64,000 bases of DNA from the NCBI RefSeq assembly GCF_009914755.1, contig NC_060935.1. The stretch is one strand, 5' to 3'. Position numbers and translations under genes: made by a program. The DNA is from the human T2T-CHM13v2.0 reference genome, Homo sapiens. Under the pieces are notes generated by a model. The model searched no databases. It was not told the origin of the DNA and saw only the letters and a program-made list of their open reading frames with translations. Within the stretch, counting starts at the first letter, position 1; each line of letters opens with the position of its first letter. This document shows, piece by piece, positions 34,831-60,412 of the stretch.

Positions 34831-36321
34831 CCTGGTTTTGCAGATGGGAGAGCCAGAAACGCAGAAAAGTTAACTTATTCGAGGTTGCAGGGCGTGGACA
34901 CGCACAGTCCTTTTTCCTCCACCCACTTCTGCCCGGGTAAATTAGAAAACTCACTGAAGAAAAGATGAGTCAGAGAAGGTGTGGGGGAGGGGCAGAGGTT
35001 GGGTGAGCCTGCCTCGCATCATTTCCTTTCTGTCTCGGAATATGCTTTTCACGGCTGTCTGAGAGTAATACTAGCATTCAGTAACTCCTACCCAGGGGCT
35101 TACAGTGTGCCGCTTACCCTTGTAACTGCCAAATACAATTTTCGCAGTAGCCCTGTGGCTTAGATACTGTTAGCTATCACTGTTCCCATTTTACAGAGGA
35201 CAGGACTGTGGCTCACAGGTTAAGTGGCTTTGTCGAAATGCGCAGCCGATAACTGACGGAGCTAGGCTTGAGCCAAGCAGTCCGGCCTCCGGATGGGTAG
35301 TGTTAGCCACTACACTGCCTCTCTGGTCAAGTTCATTGTGGAGTGGCTTCCTGTCCTGCTCTCGGTCACTCCCTCTCCACCCTCGCCTGTGGATTGCAGC
35401 AGCTTCCAGGATAAAAAAGAAACCCTGAGTACAGCAGAGTTTCTCAGCCCTACCCCCCTTGTTCTCAGAGTCGGGAGAGGCTTGGGAGTGCTCTGGGGAC
35501 GCCTCTCAGAGGCTTCAAGCTGTAGCTTGGAATCAGCCATTCAGTCACCAATCAGATAGGGCCTAAATGTGTCACCATGGGTTTCACTCTGTAAAGACTG
35601 GTGCCTGTTGGGGACAGGATGGACAGAACAGCTCTCTGCCTGAGAGCAGTCAAGTCCAGATTTTAAAAAAAATCAGTACTGAACAAACAAAACAGGACGT
35701 AGAAAAATCGGGTTTTATGGATATTTAATGTCTGGAAAAACACTGATAAATTGCATTTTAAAGGCGGTCTACGAAACATAGCTGACATTTGAGATGTATG
35801 TGTGCTTGGTTTTATTTATATCGTCATGTAGTTACTGTGTGCTGGGAAAAGTACACCAGAAGGTGAGCGGTGGGTATGGACAGGTTGGTAGCGGGCGACT
35901 CTGCCTTCCTCCCCAGAAGTTCAGCATAGCGGTTAAGGGTCGACTCTGGCACCACACTCTTAGGGTTTCAGAACATGGCTCTGCCATCGTCTAGCTACAC
36001 GATCTCAGGAATGTCCATTAGCTTCCCTGTGCCTCAATTTCCTCATCTGTACAGTCATGGTAACACAGTGCCCAGCCCACAGGGCTGTCAGAGCTGCGGG
36101 AGCTGGTACACCTGCCAACGGTGTCTCAGAATTGCCAGTAGTCCAAGCAGCACCCTGTCCTGCCTCTCCTTTCCTCTCTTCACATTCCAGAAGCGGCCTT
36201 TTATGGTCTTGTGACCAGCTCCCTGATCTCAGTGGTGACGTCAGCAGATGAGGAGTATGGTAGCCAGGGACTGAAGACTGGTGGTCACTCGGGGCAGCTT
36301 TCTAAATAACAATTGGAGTGC

Positions 36322-36720
36322 CTACTAGTTTCCTGTGATTGCCATAACAAATGATCACAAATCTGGTGGCCTGAAGCAATAGAAATCTACCCCCTCAATC
36401 TGGAGGCCAGAAATCTGAATAAGCAGGGTGCCACAGACCGGCACACCCTCGGAATGCTGTTGGGGAGGCTCCTTCCGGGTCTCGTCCGCTTTGTGGTGGC
36501 TCCAGGCATTCTTTGACTTGTGGCCGCTTCACTCCAGGCTCACACGGCCTTCCCTGTGTGTCTCCTGCAAGGATACCTATCATTGGTGCATCCAGGTCAT
36601 CCAGGATGATCTCCTCTCAAGACCCTCAGCTTACCTTTGCAAAGATGCTTTTTCCAAAGAACATTCATGGTTTCAGCAATTTCACGTGAACATACCTTGG
36701 GGTGACATCGTTCAGCCTGC
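36322..36720. mobile_element. MLT1-type MaLR LTR in FADD intron 1
   Basis: gccataacaaatgatcacaaatctggtggcctgaagcaatagaaat...ctggaggccagaaatctgaa pattern. Similar elements lie near 27730-28060, 29958-30555 and 40075-40500. Confidence 0.6.
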
Positions 36721-37086
36721 TGTAGGGCAGGATGTGGGATCAACCCTATTTTCTTCCCTCCCACAACTCCCCAGCCCCTCCCTCAGTGTCTCCTGCTCTA
36801 AGTAGGTAGCTCCACTACAACTTCCTTTGGCACTTGAGTCTTCAGTGGGCCACGCCTCCTAGGACAGTATTAGAGAGCAGGGGGTTTGGCTGAGGTGGAA
36901 TCAGGCCACTCTTGGGCATTTGGTGCAGCCCCTTTGCTGCCAGGCGACTCTAGCCTCTACAGAGGACCTCGTGTAGGCACCTCTGTCCACTCAGCACTTG
37001 GCGTCTGTGCTGAAAAGCCCTAGGGAGGATTGTGGGGTCGCTTGTCTCCAAACCTATGGTAAACCGTTCTGTTCTTTCCTTCCCAG

Positions 37087-37427
37087 ACCTGTGTGCAGCA
37101 TTTAACGTCATATGTGATAATGTGGGGAAAGATTGGAGAAGGCTGGCTCGTCAGCTCAAAGTCTCAGACACCAAGATCGACAGCATCGAGGACAGATACC
37201 CCCGCAACCTGACAGAGCGTGTGCGGGAGTCACTGAGAATCTGGAAGAACACAGAGAAGGAGAACGCAACAGTGGCCCACCTGGTGGGGGCTCTCAGGTC
37301 CTGCCAGATGAACCTGGTGGCTGACCTGGTACAAGAGGTTCAGCAGGCCCGTGACCTCCAGAACAGGAGTGGGGCCATGTCCCCGATGTCATGGAACTCA
37401 GACGCATCTACCTCCGAAGCGTCCTGA
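37087..37427 (+). CDS. FADD: FADD exon 2 coding part (death domain and C-terminal tail)
   Basis: Acceptor tttccttcccag|. G|AC gives Asp. Translates DLCAAFNVICDNVGKDWRRLARQLKVSDTKIDSIEDRYPRNL...GAMSPMSWNSDASTSEAS-TGA. 286+341 = 627 nt = 208 aa plus stop. Confidence 0.99.
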
Positions 37428-38337
37428 TGGGCCGCTGCTTTGCGCTGGTGGACCACAGGCATCTACACAGCCTGGACTTTGGTTCTCTCCAGGAAGGTAG
37501 CCCAGCACTGTGAAGACCCAGCAGGAAGCCAGGCTGAGTGAGCCACAGACCACCTGCTTCTGAACTCAAGCTGCGTTTATTAATGCCTCTCCCGCACCAG
37601 GCCGGGCTTGGGCCCTGCACAGATATTTCCATTTCTTCCTCACTATGACACTGAGCAAGATCTTGTCTCCACTAAATGAGCTCCTGCGGGAGTAGTTGGA
37701 AAGTTGGAACCGTGTCCAGCACAGAAGGAATCTGTGCAGATGAGCAGTCACACTGTTACTCCACAGCGGAGGAGACCAGCTCAGAGGCCCAGGAATCGGA
37801 GCGAAGCAGAGAGGTGGAGAACTGGGATTTGAACCCCCGCCATCCTTCACCAGAGCCCATGCTCAACCACTGTGGCGTTCTGCTGCCCCTGCAGTTGGCA
37901 GAAAGGATGTTTTGTCCCATTTCCTTGGAGGCCACCGGGACAGACCTGGACACTAGGGTCAGGCGGGGTGCTGTGGTGGGGAGAGGCATGGCTGGGGTGG
38001 GGGTGGGGAGACCTGGTTGGCCGTGGTCCAGCTCTTGGCCCCTGTGTGAGTTGAGTCTCCTCTCTGAGACTGCTAAGTAGGGGCAGTGATGGTTGCCAGG
38101 ACGAATTGAGATAATATCTGTGAGGTGCTGATGAGTGATTGACACACAGCACTCTCTAAATCTTCCTTGTGAGGATTATGGGTCCTGCAATTCTACAGTT
38201 TCTTACTGTTTTGTATCAAAATCACTATCTTTCTGATAACAGAATTGCCAAGGCAGCGGGATCTCGTATCTTTAAAAAGCAGTCCTCTTATTCCTAAGGT
38301 AATCCTATTAAAACACAGCTTTACAACTTCCATACTA
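37428..38337 (+). other. FADD: FADD 3' UTR (3' end approximate)
   Basis: Runs from the stop to about 25 nt past ATTAAA. Contains a degenerate MIR-like segment near 37750-37870. Confidence 0.7.
38307..38312 (+). terminator. FADD poly(A) signal ATTAAA
   Basis: First AWTAAA hexamer I found after the stop codon, followed by a T/GT-rich tract (ctgttggtggttctttcattttg). Confidence 0.7.
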
Positions 38338-39065
38338 CAAAAAATTTTCTATTCCTGTTGGTGGTTCTTTCATTTTGGATATGCTGGATATTCCCAGTAC
38401 AGCCAGTTTGAGGATCCCTGTCAAGGGCTCCAACCTGGGAGGGGTGGCTGGATTTCCTGACAGCTCGCTAGCTGCTCATGAGCAGTGTCTGCCCTTAGCA
38501 AACAGTGGTCTGCTAGGGTAGCTTTTGCCGCTCTTAGAATTTGCCTGCACCACCAACAGTATCAGAATCAAAGCCAAGTGGCTATTCTCTGTCCCAGTTC
38601 ACCAGCTATGACCTTGGGAAAGTCCAGTGTGCCGTCCCATAGGTGGGATCTTAGCCAAGGCCGCAGGACACTGTCCCCAGTAAGCCGTGGACCCCGGCCT
38701 TTAAGCCCCTCCACACCTTCACCTGACGCTTCCAGGTGCCAGACTCCTTGCTAGGAGCAAAGGCCATAGGAGTGAATGGGACAGAAGTGTAGCCCTGCCC
38801 TGTTGGCCTCAGAAACCTAGCAGAAACAAGCTTTAACCAGTTCATCACTAGCTTGGGGTGCTGCCGTGGCGCTGAGCTGGTTGCTATCCCAAAACAGCGT
38901 GGCCTGACCTACACACTGTACACCCCCGACCCGGCGCATGCCTGCTCTCAAGGCGCAGGTCAGGGTGAGTTCTATAGAGAATAGACACATCGCCCCTCAC
39001 TGTCCCTAAGTGTGAGCAGCTTGGCTTTGGGGAAGAGATTTTCTTGGGGTGCGTGGGAAAGTATT

Positions 39066-44760
<5,695 letters not shown>

Positions 44761-44901
44761 AACAAACCCTGTGGCGGCAAGAAATACCAGATTTAATAAG
44801 GTAGATCTAATAGACTGAACTCTACTACTAAGAGGCATTGCGTGGCCAGGAGGCTGGCCTCAAGCCGCCACCTGGTTTTGAGTCTCAGCTCTTCTACTTA
44901 G

Positions 44902-45624
<723 letters not shown>

Positions 45625-45949
45625 TCTGTCTTCTTATATTAATAAGAAAAATAAAACGAAAGAGTGGTAAAGTGTTGGGATGGTGAAAATTTTTTGGGGA
45701 TGGCATGGAGAGATAATGGGTGATGTTTCTTAGGGCTGCTTCAAGTGGGATTAGGGGCAGCGTGGGAACCTAGAATGGGAGAAATTAAGCTGAAGGAAGA
45801 TTTTGTGGTAAGGGGTGATATTGTGGGGTTGTTAGAAGAAACATTTGTCGTGTAGAATTATTGGTGACGGCCTGGATATGGTTTTGTATGAATTGAAAAA
45901 CTAAATGGAATAAGAGAAGGAGAAAAACGGGTATAAAAGGTCTAAGAAT

Positions 45950-48720
45950 TGGGAGGACCTAGGACATCTGATTAGAGAGTGCCTAAGGAGATTCAGCATA
46001 GTCCGGTCAGCAAAGATTCTTTATTTACTTCAAGAGTTAAGAGTGGCAGTTTGGGGATAGCACCAGGAGATATCAGCTGTGATGGCTTGGAGAAACAGTG
46101 TAAACCGGCAGTGTAAACAAGAGCAGGGCATGTATGAGTAGTTGAGAACGGTGAATAGGAGTATGACTAGACAGAAGATAGTAGGGATGACAAGTTTTTT
46201 GGGGGCACGGTCTAAGTTGGTCTGGTGTCTGGAATAAGACTGGGGCCTAATAAAAAGGAGTGTCTCTACAGGAGCTCAAATGGGCTGCACCTTGTAGTAT
46301 TCTGAGGACAGGTCTGACTTCTGAGAAGGGAAAGTGGTAAAAGTATTGTCCAGTCCTTTTTAAGTTGGTGGCTGAGCTTGGTGAGGTGTGTTTTTAAGAC
46401 TATTAGTCTGTTCTACTTTTTCTGAAGACTGAGGACTGTAAGGGATATAAAGGTTTCACTGAATACTAAGAGCCTGAAAAAATGCTTGGCTGATTTGGCT
46501 AATAAAGGTGGGTCTGCTATCGGACTGTATAGAGGTGGGAAGTCCAAACTGAGGAATTATGTCTGACAGAAGGGAAGAAATGACCGCAGTGGCTTTCTCA
46601 GACCTTGTAGGAAAGGCCTTTACTTATTCAGTGAAAGTGTCTACTTAGACTAAGAGGTATTTTAGTTTCTTGACTCGGGGCATGTTGAGTAAAGCTAATT
46701 TGTCAGTCCTGGGTGGGGGCAAATCCTTGAGCTTGATGTGTAGGGAAGGGAGGGGGCCTGAATAATCCTTGAGGAGTAGTAGACTAGCAGATGGAACGCT
46801 GAGAAGTTATTTCCTTGAGGATAGATTTCTACGATGGAAAGGAAATGAGAGGTTCTAAAAGGCAGGCTAGTGGCTTGTACTATAGCATAGCCTGTCTTTG
46901 CTGGTGTGTGGCGAGTAGGCCTGGTGGAACTGCCATCAATAAACTAAGTGTGATCAGGGTGAGAAACAGGGAAGAAGGAAATGTGGGGAAATGAGGTGAA
47001 CATCAGCTGGATCAGAGAGATGAAGGAGCCGGGGAGCAGAAAGTATATGCATCAGGTGTGAGGAAGAAAATAGATTTTGGAAATTATGAGAGCTGTAGAG
47101 AGTGAGTTGAGCATAGTTTGTGATTTTAAGGGCCTCTGAAAGTATTAGGGTCAGTAGCCACTGCACAGAGACATGATGGCCAGCCTAAAACAGTAAGGTC
47201 AAGTTGTTTGGGCAAAAAGGCTACAGGACGCGATCCTGGTCCTTGTGTAAGAATTCCAACTGCACAGCCCTGCACTTTGGCTGTGTGTAATGCAAAGGGT
47301 TGGGATGAGTCAGGGAGAGCTCAGGTGGGGGCAGTCTCTAAAGCTGTCTTCAAGGAACAGAAAAAGGAGTGGGGAAAGGATTTAGGATCTGTGGGGTCAG
47401 CTAGGTTTCTTTTTGTGAGTTTATATAATGATTTTGTTAGGATGGCAAAACCAGGTATCTAAAGTTGAAAGTATCTAACCATGCCTAGGTTGTAGAAGGT
47501 GTTGGGGTTTGAGAGATCAGTCAGACACGATCGGCAGGGAGAGCGCGTGTGTTTTTATAAGAATTACGCCAAGACAGATAACAGATGAGGAAGAAATTTG
47601 GGCTTGACTGAAGTAATGGGGGCTGTCTGTGAAGCCTTGCAGCAGTACAGCCCAGGTAATTTGCTGAGCCTAATGGGTGTCAGGGTCAGTCTAAGTGAAA
47701 GCAAAGGGAGGCTGGGATGAAGGGTGCAAAGGAATAGTAAAGAAAGCATGTTTGAGATCCAGAACAGAATAATGGGTTGTAGAGGGAGGTATTGAGGATA
47801 GGAGAGTATATGGGTTTGGCACCACGGGGTGGATAGGCAAAACAATTTGGTTGATAAGGCGCAGATTCTGAACTAACCTGTAAGGCTTGTCTGGTTTTAG
47901 GACAGGTAAAATGGGGGAATGGTAAGAAGAGTTTATAGGCTTTAAAAGGCCATGCTCTAACAGGCAAGTGATAATAGGCTTTAATCCTTTCAAAGCGTGC
48001 TGTGGGATAGGATATTGGCATTGAGCGGGGTAAGAGTGATTAGGTTTTAATGGGATGGTAAGGGGTGCATGATCGGTCGCCAAGGAGGGAGTAGAGGTGT
48101 CTTATACTTGTGGGTTACGGTGGGGAGATACAAGGGGAGGATGTGAAGGAGGCTTTGAACTGGGGGAAAAGGTGGCAATGAGGTGTGGATGTAGCCTAGG
48201 AATAGTCAGGGAAGCAGATAATTTAGTTAAAGTGTCTCCGCCTAATAAGGGAACTGGGCAGGTGGGGATAACTAAAAAGGAGTGCTTAAAAGAGTATTGT
48301 CTAAGTTGGCACCAGAGTTGGGGAGTTTTAAGAGGTTTAGAACCTGGCTGTCAATATTTACAACAGTTATGGAGGCAAGGGAAACAGGCCCTTGAAAAGA
48401 AGGTAATGTGGAGTGGGTAGCCTCCGTATTGACTAAGAAGGGGATGGACTTACTTTCCACTGTGAGAGTTACTTAGAGTGTCTGTGATGGTCCTGTAGGC
48501 TTCCAAGGCGATCGGCAGTGCCAGTCTTCAGCTGCTAAGCCAAGAAGATCTGGGAAGGAGTCAGACGGCCTTGGGCCAGAGTTCCAGGGGCTCTGGAAGT
48601 GGCTGCCAGGTGAGTTGAACAGTCCAATTTTCAGTGGGGTCCTGTACAGATGGGACATGGCTCAGGAGGAATCCTGGGCTGTGGGCACTTGTAGCAAGCT
48701 CCTGGGGGAGGAGGTTCTGG
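45950..48720 (-). pseudogene. Decayed HERV-H gag-NC/pro/pol
   Basis: NC remnant CYKCPQPRIPPEPCPICTGPH*KLDC (~48620-48700); protease FLVNTEATHS (~48410-48440); RT ORF 47691-48083 (...YRLVQNLRLIN...VLDLKHAFFTIPL); integrase core DTFTE*VKAFP...QFGLPTSIQSDS (~46500-46640). Multiple stops and deletions. Confidence 0.9.
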
Positions 48721-50687
48721 AGGAACCCCTGGCAGCTGCGGTTCAGGCGTTTGGAGTTCTTGTGTGCTGGAGATGTGGCTGGGGTTTGTCTCACAGTGGA
48801 GGCAAAGAGTTGCAACTCAGAAATATGTTGCTACTTGGCTGCCTCCACTCTATTATTGTACACCTTGAAGGTGAAGTTAATTAAGTCCTGCTGTGGGGTT
48901 TGAGGGCCAGAATTTAACTTTTGGAGTTTTATTTAATGTCGGGAGCAGACTGGGTAATAAAATGTATATTGAGAATAAGACGGCTTTTTGACTTTTTAGG
49001 GTCTAGGGCTGTAAAGCGTCTCAGGGTTGCCGCCAAACGAGCCATGAACTGGGCTGGGTTTTTCATATTTGATGAAAGAGCCTAAACGCTCACTGATTTG
49101 GGAGAGGTCTGATAAAGAAAAATGAGTATTAACCTTGACTATGCGTTTGGCTTCAGCCACCTTTTTAAGAGGAAATAGCTAGGCAGGTGGGGGAGGGCTA
49201 GTCATGGAATGAAACTGTAAGCCGGACTGGGTGTGAGGAGGGGAGGTGATAAAAGGATTATACGGTGGAGGAGCAGAGGCTGAGGAAGAATTGGGACCTA
49301 GCTCGGCCTAGTGAGGAGGGGAGAGGTCAGATGGGTCTGTAGAAAAGGAAGATTAGAAAAACTCAGCGACACTTGGGGTTGGGACTGAGGAGACAGGCAG
49401 GAGGGAAAGAAGGAAGATTTGGGACTAGTTGCACTGGGCAGAGAGACTAGGGAGGGACAGATGTGTAAAAGAATGCCTGGACGTCAGGCACCTCAGACCA
49501 TTTGCCTATTTTTCGACAAAAATTATTTAGGTCTTGTAGGATGGAGAAATCGAAAGTGCCGTTTTCTGACCATTTAGAGCCATTGTCAAGTTTGTATTGG
49601 GGTCAAGCGGCATTGTAGAAGAAAGTAAGGCATTTAGGTTTTAGGTCAGGCAAGAGTTGAAGAGGTTTTATGTTCTTAAGAACACAGGCTAAGGGAGAAG
49701 AAGGAGGAATGGAGGGTGGAAGGTTGCCTATAGTGAAGGAGGCAAGTTTAAAGAAAAGGGAGAGTAGAGACATGGAGGGAAGCGGTTCGGGGGTTCTTAC
49801 CTTCCAGAAAAGCAGGAAAGGGGTCGGGGCACAGAGATACGAGGTTGGGGCACGGAAATAAGGGAGCAGGGTGCAGAGATATAAGAGGTTGGGGCACAGA
49901 AATAAGGGATTGGGGCACAGAGATATAAGAGGTCGGAGCGTGGAAATAAGGGATCGGGGCGCAGAGATACAAGGTTGGGGTACATGCCCCTCCCCCAGAA
50001 AAATGGGACTTGCTGCTAAGGGTGAAGGAGAAGGGGCTGGGGGTTTCTTGCCTTACAGAAAGGTGGAGAAGGGGTAGAGACATGAAGAGAAGGGGTTGGG
50101 GTACTTGCCCCTCCCCTAGAAAAGTGGGACTTGCTGCTAAGAGTGAAGAAGAAGGGGTTGGGGATTTCTTGCCCTCCAGAAAGGTGGAGAAGGGGTAGAG
50201 ACACAGAGAGAAGGGGTTGGGGTACTTGCCCCTCCCCCAGAAAAGCGGGACTTGCCGCTATGGGTGAAGGACCAAGGCAGGCGTCCTTGCGTGGTCTGAC
50301 ACCTCTGAAACATGGGTGAATAATCAGAGAGGTGTCCTTGCAATGATTAAACACCAAGGGAAGGCTGCCTTCCTAGTCCGTGACCAGTGCTGGAGTTTTG
50401 GGTCCACGGATAAAACGTGTCTCCTTTGTCTCTACCAGAAAATGAAAGGAATTGAAATTAAAAGAAGGGAGAGATTGAAGTGTGGCGCCAAGATTGAAAG
50501 GAGAAACAGGTTGAGGGATAGTGAGGGAGGTTGGAGAAGAGAGTAAAAAGAGGCTGCTTACCGGATTTGAAATTGGTGAGATGTTTCTTGGGCTGGTTGG
50601 TCTGAGGACCTGAGGTCATAGGTGGATCTTTCTCACAGAGCAAAGAGCAGGAGGACAGGGGATTGATCTCCCAAGGGAGGTCCCCCG

Positions 50688-50705
50688 ATCCGAGTCACGG
50701 CACCA
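50688..50705 (-). other. Primer-binding site for tRNA-His
   Basis: The - strand reads TGGTGCCGTGACTCGGAT, 2 nt inside the 5' LTR. It is complementary to the 3' 18 nt of tRNA-His. Confidence 0.95.
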
Positions 50706-50707
50706 AA

Positions 50708-51110
50708 TTTCACTCACGTCCGTGTGAAGAGACCACCAAACAGGCTTTGTGTGAACAATAAAGCTGTTTATTTCACCAGGGTGCAGGTAGGCTGAGTCCG
50801 AAAAGAGAGTCAGTGAAGGGAGATAAGGGTGGGGCCGTTTTATAGGATTTGGGTAGATAAAGGAAAATTACAGTCCAAGGGGGGTTGTTCTCTGGCAGGC
50901 AGAGTAGGGGTCACAAGGTGCTCAGTAGGGGAGATTTTGAGCCAGGAGAAGGAATTTCACAAGACAATGTCATCAGTTAAGGCAGGAACAGGCCATTTTC
51001 ACTTCTTTTGTGGGAGAATGTCATCAGTTAAGGCAGGAACCGGCCATCTGGATGTGTACATGCAGGTCACAGGGGATATGATGGCTTAGCTAGGGCTTAG
51101 AGGCCTGACA
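50708..51110 (-). mobile_element. HERV-H 5' LTR (LTR7 family)
   Basis: On the - strand starts TGTCAGGCCTCT and ends GAGTGAAA. Two copies of the U3 repeat aatgtcatcagttaaggcaggaac. TATAAAA at 50844-50838. Confidence 0.95.
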
Positions 51111-51440
51111 CTTAGCATCTGTGTAAACTTAGACAAGTAAACCCATCCACAAAATGGATGATTACAGTAGCTACCTAGAAGGGATGTTGTGAGGATTCTG
51201 TGACTTGTTTGTAAACTACAGAGTAAGTACACCAGTAAAGATGTGTTCAGCCTCTCTTGTTACAGGTGTGATCACACCATCATGATGTGATTTTGTAACA
51301 GGATGATTTTGTAACACGATGACATTTTGTAACAGACACAGAGCCAGGGACAATACCACTGAGCTGCTGAAGCAACCCGCCCTGCTTCTGGCCTCCAAGT
51401 CACATGAGCTAATACTTTAAAAAAAAAAAAAAAAGCATTA

Positions 51441-51608
<168 letters not shown>

Positions 51609-51734
51609 TCAACCTGGGAGGCTGAGGCAAGAGAATCACTTGAACCCAGGAGGCAGAGGTTGCAGTGAGCCAAAATTGAGACACTGCACTCCAGCCTGGG
51701 TGACAAAACAAGACTCTCAAAAAAAAAAAAAGTA

Positions 51735-55878
<4,144 letters not shown>

Positions 55879-58774
55879 CTACATATGGAAATTTAGAATA
55901 TGGTAAAATGCTGTTTCAAATGTATAAGAACAAATCATTAATGGGATTGGCACAGTGGGAAAAATTGTAGCATTCCTACCTCACTCCTTCTACCAAAATA
56001 AATCCCAAATGGATACAAGATATGAATGGAAAAAAGAAAAAGAAGCTGCAAACCTGGGGGAATTTCCTTATAATTGTGAACAGGAAGGAGAGGGCCATGA
56101 AATAAAACCCTGACCAATTTGATTGCTTAAAAAAACTAAAAATGGGCCAGGCGCAGTGGTTCACGCCTGTAATCCCAGCACTTTGGGAAGCCAAGGCGGG
56201 TGGACCACCTGAGGTCAGGAGTTCAAGACGAGCCTGGCCAACATGGTGAAACCCTGTCTCTACTAAAAATACAAAAATCAGGTAGGCATGGTGGCAGATA
56301 TTGCAGTGAGCGGAGATCGTGCCATTGCATTCCATCCTGAGTGACAAGAGCAAAACTCTGTCTCAAAAAAACAAAAAATTGTAAACAAATTTAAGAGGCA
56401 GACAATCACTTGTGTTCCCATTTTATAGTGAAAGAAACGAAATGTAGGTTACATAGCTTCCCCAAATCATTCGTTCATTCACTTTTTGACAAGTATTTAT
56501 TGAGCACCTACTAAGTGATAAACATGGCCAGGACCAGAGGGATGTCCCTGCCTTCATGGAGTTCCCATTCGAGCAGGAGAGACAGGCTTAAGTCCACTAA
56601 TCACACGAACAGAAGTGATTACACTTGGGCTATATGGGGCCTGGCCAAGGATGGGCGAACAAAGCCAGCTTCTCTGAGGAAAGATGGTGGCAGTCAGCCA
56701 GTTGAAAAGGGCTGGGATAAAATGCCTTCCTGGCAGGGGTCCAGCCTGTATGGGGGACAGCCTGTACACAGCCTGGAACCAGGAGGGAACAGGACTCCTA
56801 GAAGGAACTGAAGAGCCAAAGTGGCCAAGCTGAGGGCTGGGGCGAGGCTTGGGTGGGGTGGCATAGCAGCGGAGGTTGGAGGGCAAAGGTCCCTCTGTCA
56901 TTCTAAGATTCAAGGAAGGAGGGGCCTACCCATCCGTTGCGATGCCCTGCCCGTGTCTAAGAAATGAGCCAGGCTCCAGGTCAACCTTGTGTGCCAGCCT
57001 CCTTTGCAGCTTGAGCTGGCAGGAGGCCCCAGGACCCAGACAGGGCTGGTGACACAAGCAAGCTCATTTCCCAGGCCGGCAGCAGAGATGTCAGGGTTTT
57101 GAATATGCAAAGGCGCTGTGTTGGCATTTGGTGGCTGGCCTCCGTGGCAGAGGCAGCTCACTTTTCCTTCCGACCAGCTGCCTACTGTCCTTTGACCACT
57201 TGCTTTTCTGCTTAAACAGATTCCAGCCCTGTTCTATTTTGTCTTCTGGTTTTGTTTTGCAGTTAGAGCCTGCATGAGCTTGGTTTTGTCCCAAGGGCCA
57301 GGGCAGGGCCCTAAAGAAGTCCAGGCAGGGAGGTCAGATTTGCATTTTTCAAGCCTCAGCCACAGGGTAGGCTGCAGGGAGCAAGGGAGGATATGGGAAG
57401 CCAGGTTAGGAGGCCGCTGGAATGGCTGGGGGGTGGGGGATGGTGGCAGAAGGAGGGTCATGGGGCAGTTTGTAGTGAGGGCATGCATTTGAGGGGTGTT
57501 GGGGGCTTGGCATGGGTGTGGGACATGAGAGGGTGGGGGTGGCATGAAGGAGGCTGACAGGAGGGGACACAGAGACCATGTTCAGGGTGACAACAGAGCC
57601 ACAAAGGTGATGGCCTGGTTTTGATCAACCCTGAATATGAGGTTCCCCAGGAGGTGTCTGGGGGCAAGGAGGTGTGTCCTAGGGCCTGGAGAATTTCCTG
57701 AGAGTGGGAATGGCTGGCCAGGGAGAGCTGGGCAGACCCCATGAGGGCCTTTCAGGACAAGGACAGGGGGATGAGGTGTTGAGGGCTGGGCAGTGACAGC
57801 TCAGGAATCAAGCCCTGTACCCACTCCACGCACACATGCAGCTTCAGTTTCAAAACATGCGTGGAAGGATCTTTTGGAAACACGCCCAGACTGCAGACAC
57901 CCAGGTCCCTCTACCAGGGAGTCTGACTCTGTCCCAGGTGGGGCTCAGGAATGACTGCAGCACTGCCCCAGGCAGAGGGACGTTTTCACCTTCAGCTGTT
58001 AAGCACTACTAATTGCTCTATCTCATCTTCCCAACCAAATTGTTCAGGATAGACGTTGTAACTCCTCTTTGATCTCAGACTGCTGGTGAAAAGCAGGTTT
58101 TACAGACCAGGGCCATGTGGGGGCGTCCTGCAGAGACTCCAAGTGGCGCCCAGGCTCCCAGATGACCATCCTCACCCTTTAACCCCCAGACTTGGATCCC
58201 CGAGGGCACACAGTGTGTTTCCCGGGGAAGTGGGTGGTCTGCTGGTGAACTGAATGCCCAGAAGAGGTGAGCCGCAGATTTAAAACCTGCCTAGTGGCCG
58301 GGCGCAGTGGCTCAGGCCTGGAATCCCAGCACTTTGAGAGGCCAAGGCAGGCGGAACACTTGAGGCCAGGAGTTGGAGACCAGCCTGGCCAACATGGCGA
58401 AACCTCGTCTCTACTAAAAATACAAAAAGTAGCCAGATGTGGTGGTGGGTGCCTGTCATCCCAGCCTCTCAGGAGGCTGAGGCAGAAGAATGGCCAAGAT
58501 TGCGCCACTGAACTCCAGCCTGGGCGACAGAGTGAGACTCTGTCTCAAAAAATAAAGTAAAACCTGCCCCACCCCTCCATACACCGTGGAATATGACCCA
58601 GTCATAAAAAGAAGGAAATCCTGCCTTTGCAGCACCATGGAGGGAGCTGAAGGCCATTATCCTAAGTGAAATGATGCAGAACCAGAAAGCCAAAGCCGCC
58701 TGTTCTTACTTATAAGCGGGTGTTAAGCATTGGGTACATGTGGACACGCAGACATACACTGGAGAAGGTGAAAG

Positions 58775-60412
<1,638 letters not shown>

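Noticed and set aside
37032-37086. ORF extension upstream of FADD exon 2 suggesting a death-domain-only protein
   Set aside because: It spans the branch-point and polypyrimidine region of intron 1, and I see no evidence of an intronic start.
47691-48083. Reverse transcriptase ORF as a functional or retron-like enzyme
   Set aside because: It is a fragment of HERV-H pol with stops on both sides and the YxDD segment deleted.
49820-50250. Repeat-spacer-like arrays in the proviral leader
   Set aside because: These are degenerate tandem repeats of the HERV-H pre-gag leader with no unique spacers. Not CRISPR-like.
50688-50705. tRNA-like sequence
   Set aside because: Only the 18-nt retroviral primer-binding site. 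There is no tRNA gene body.
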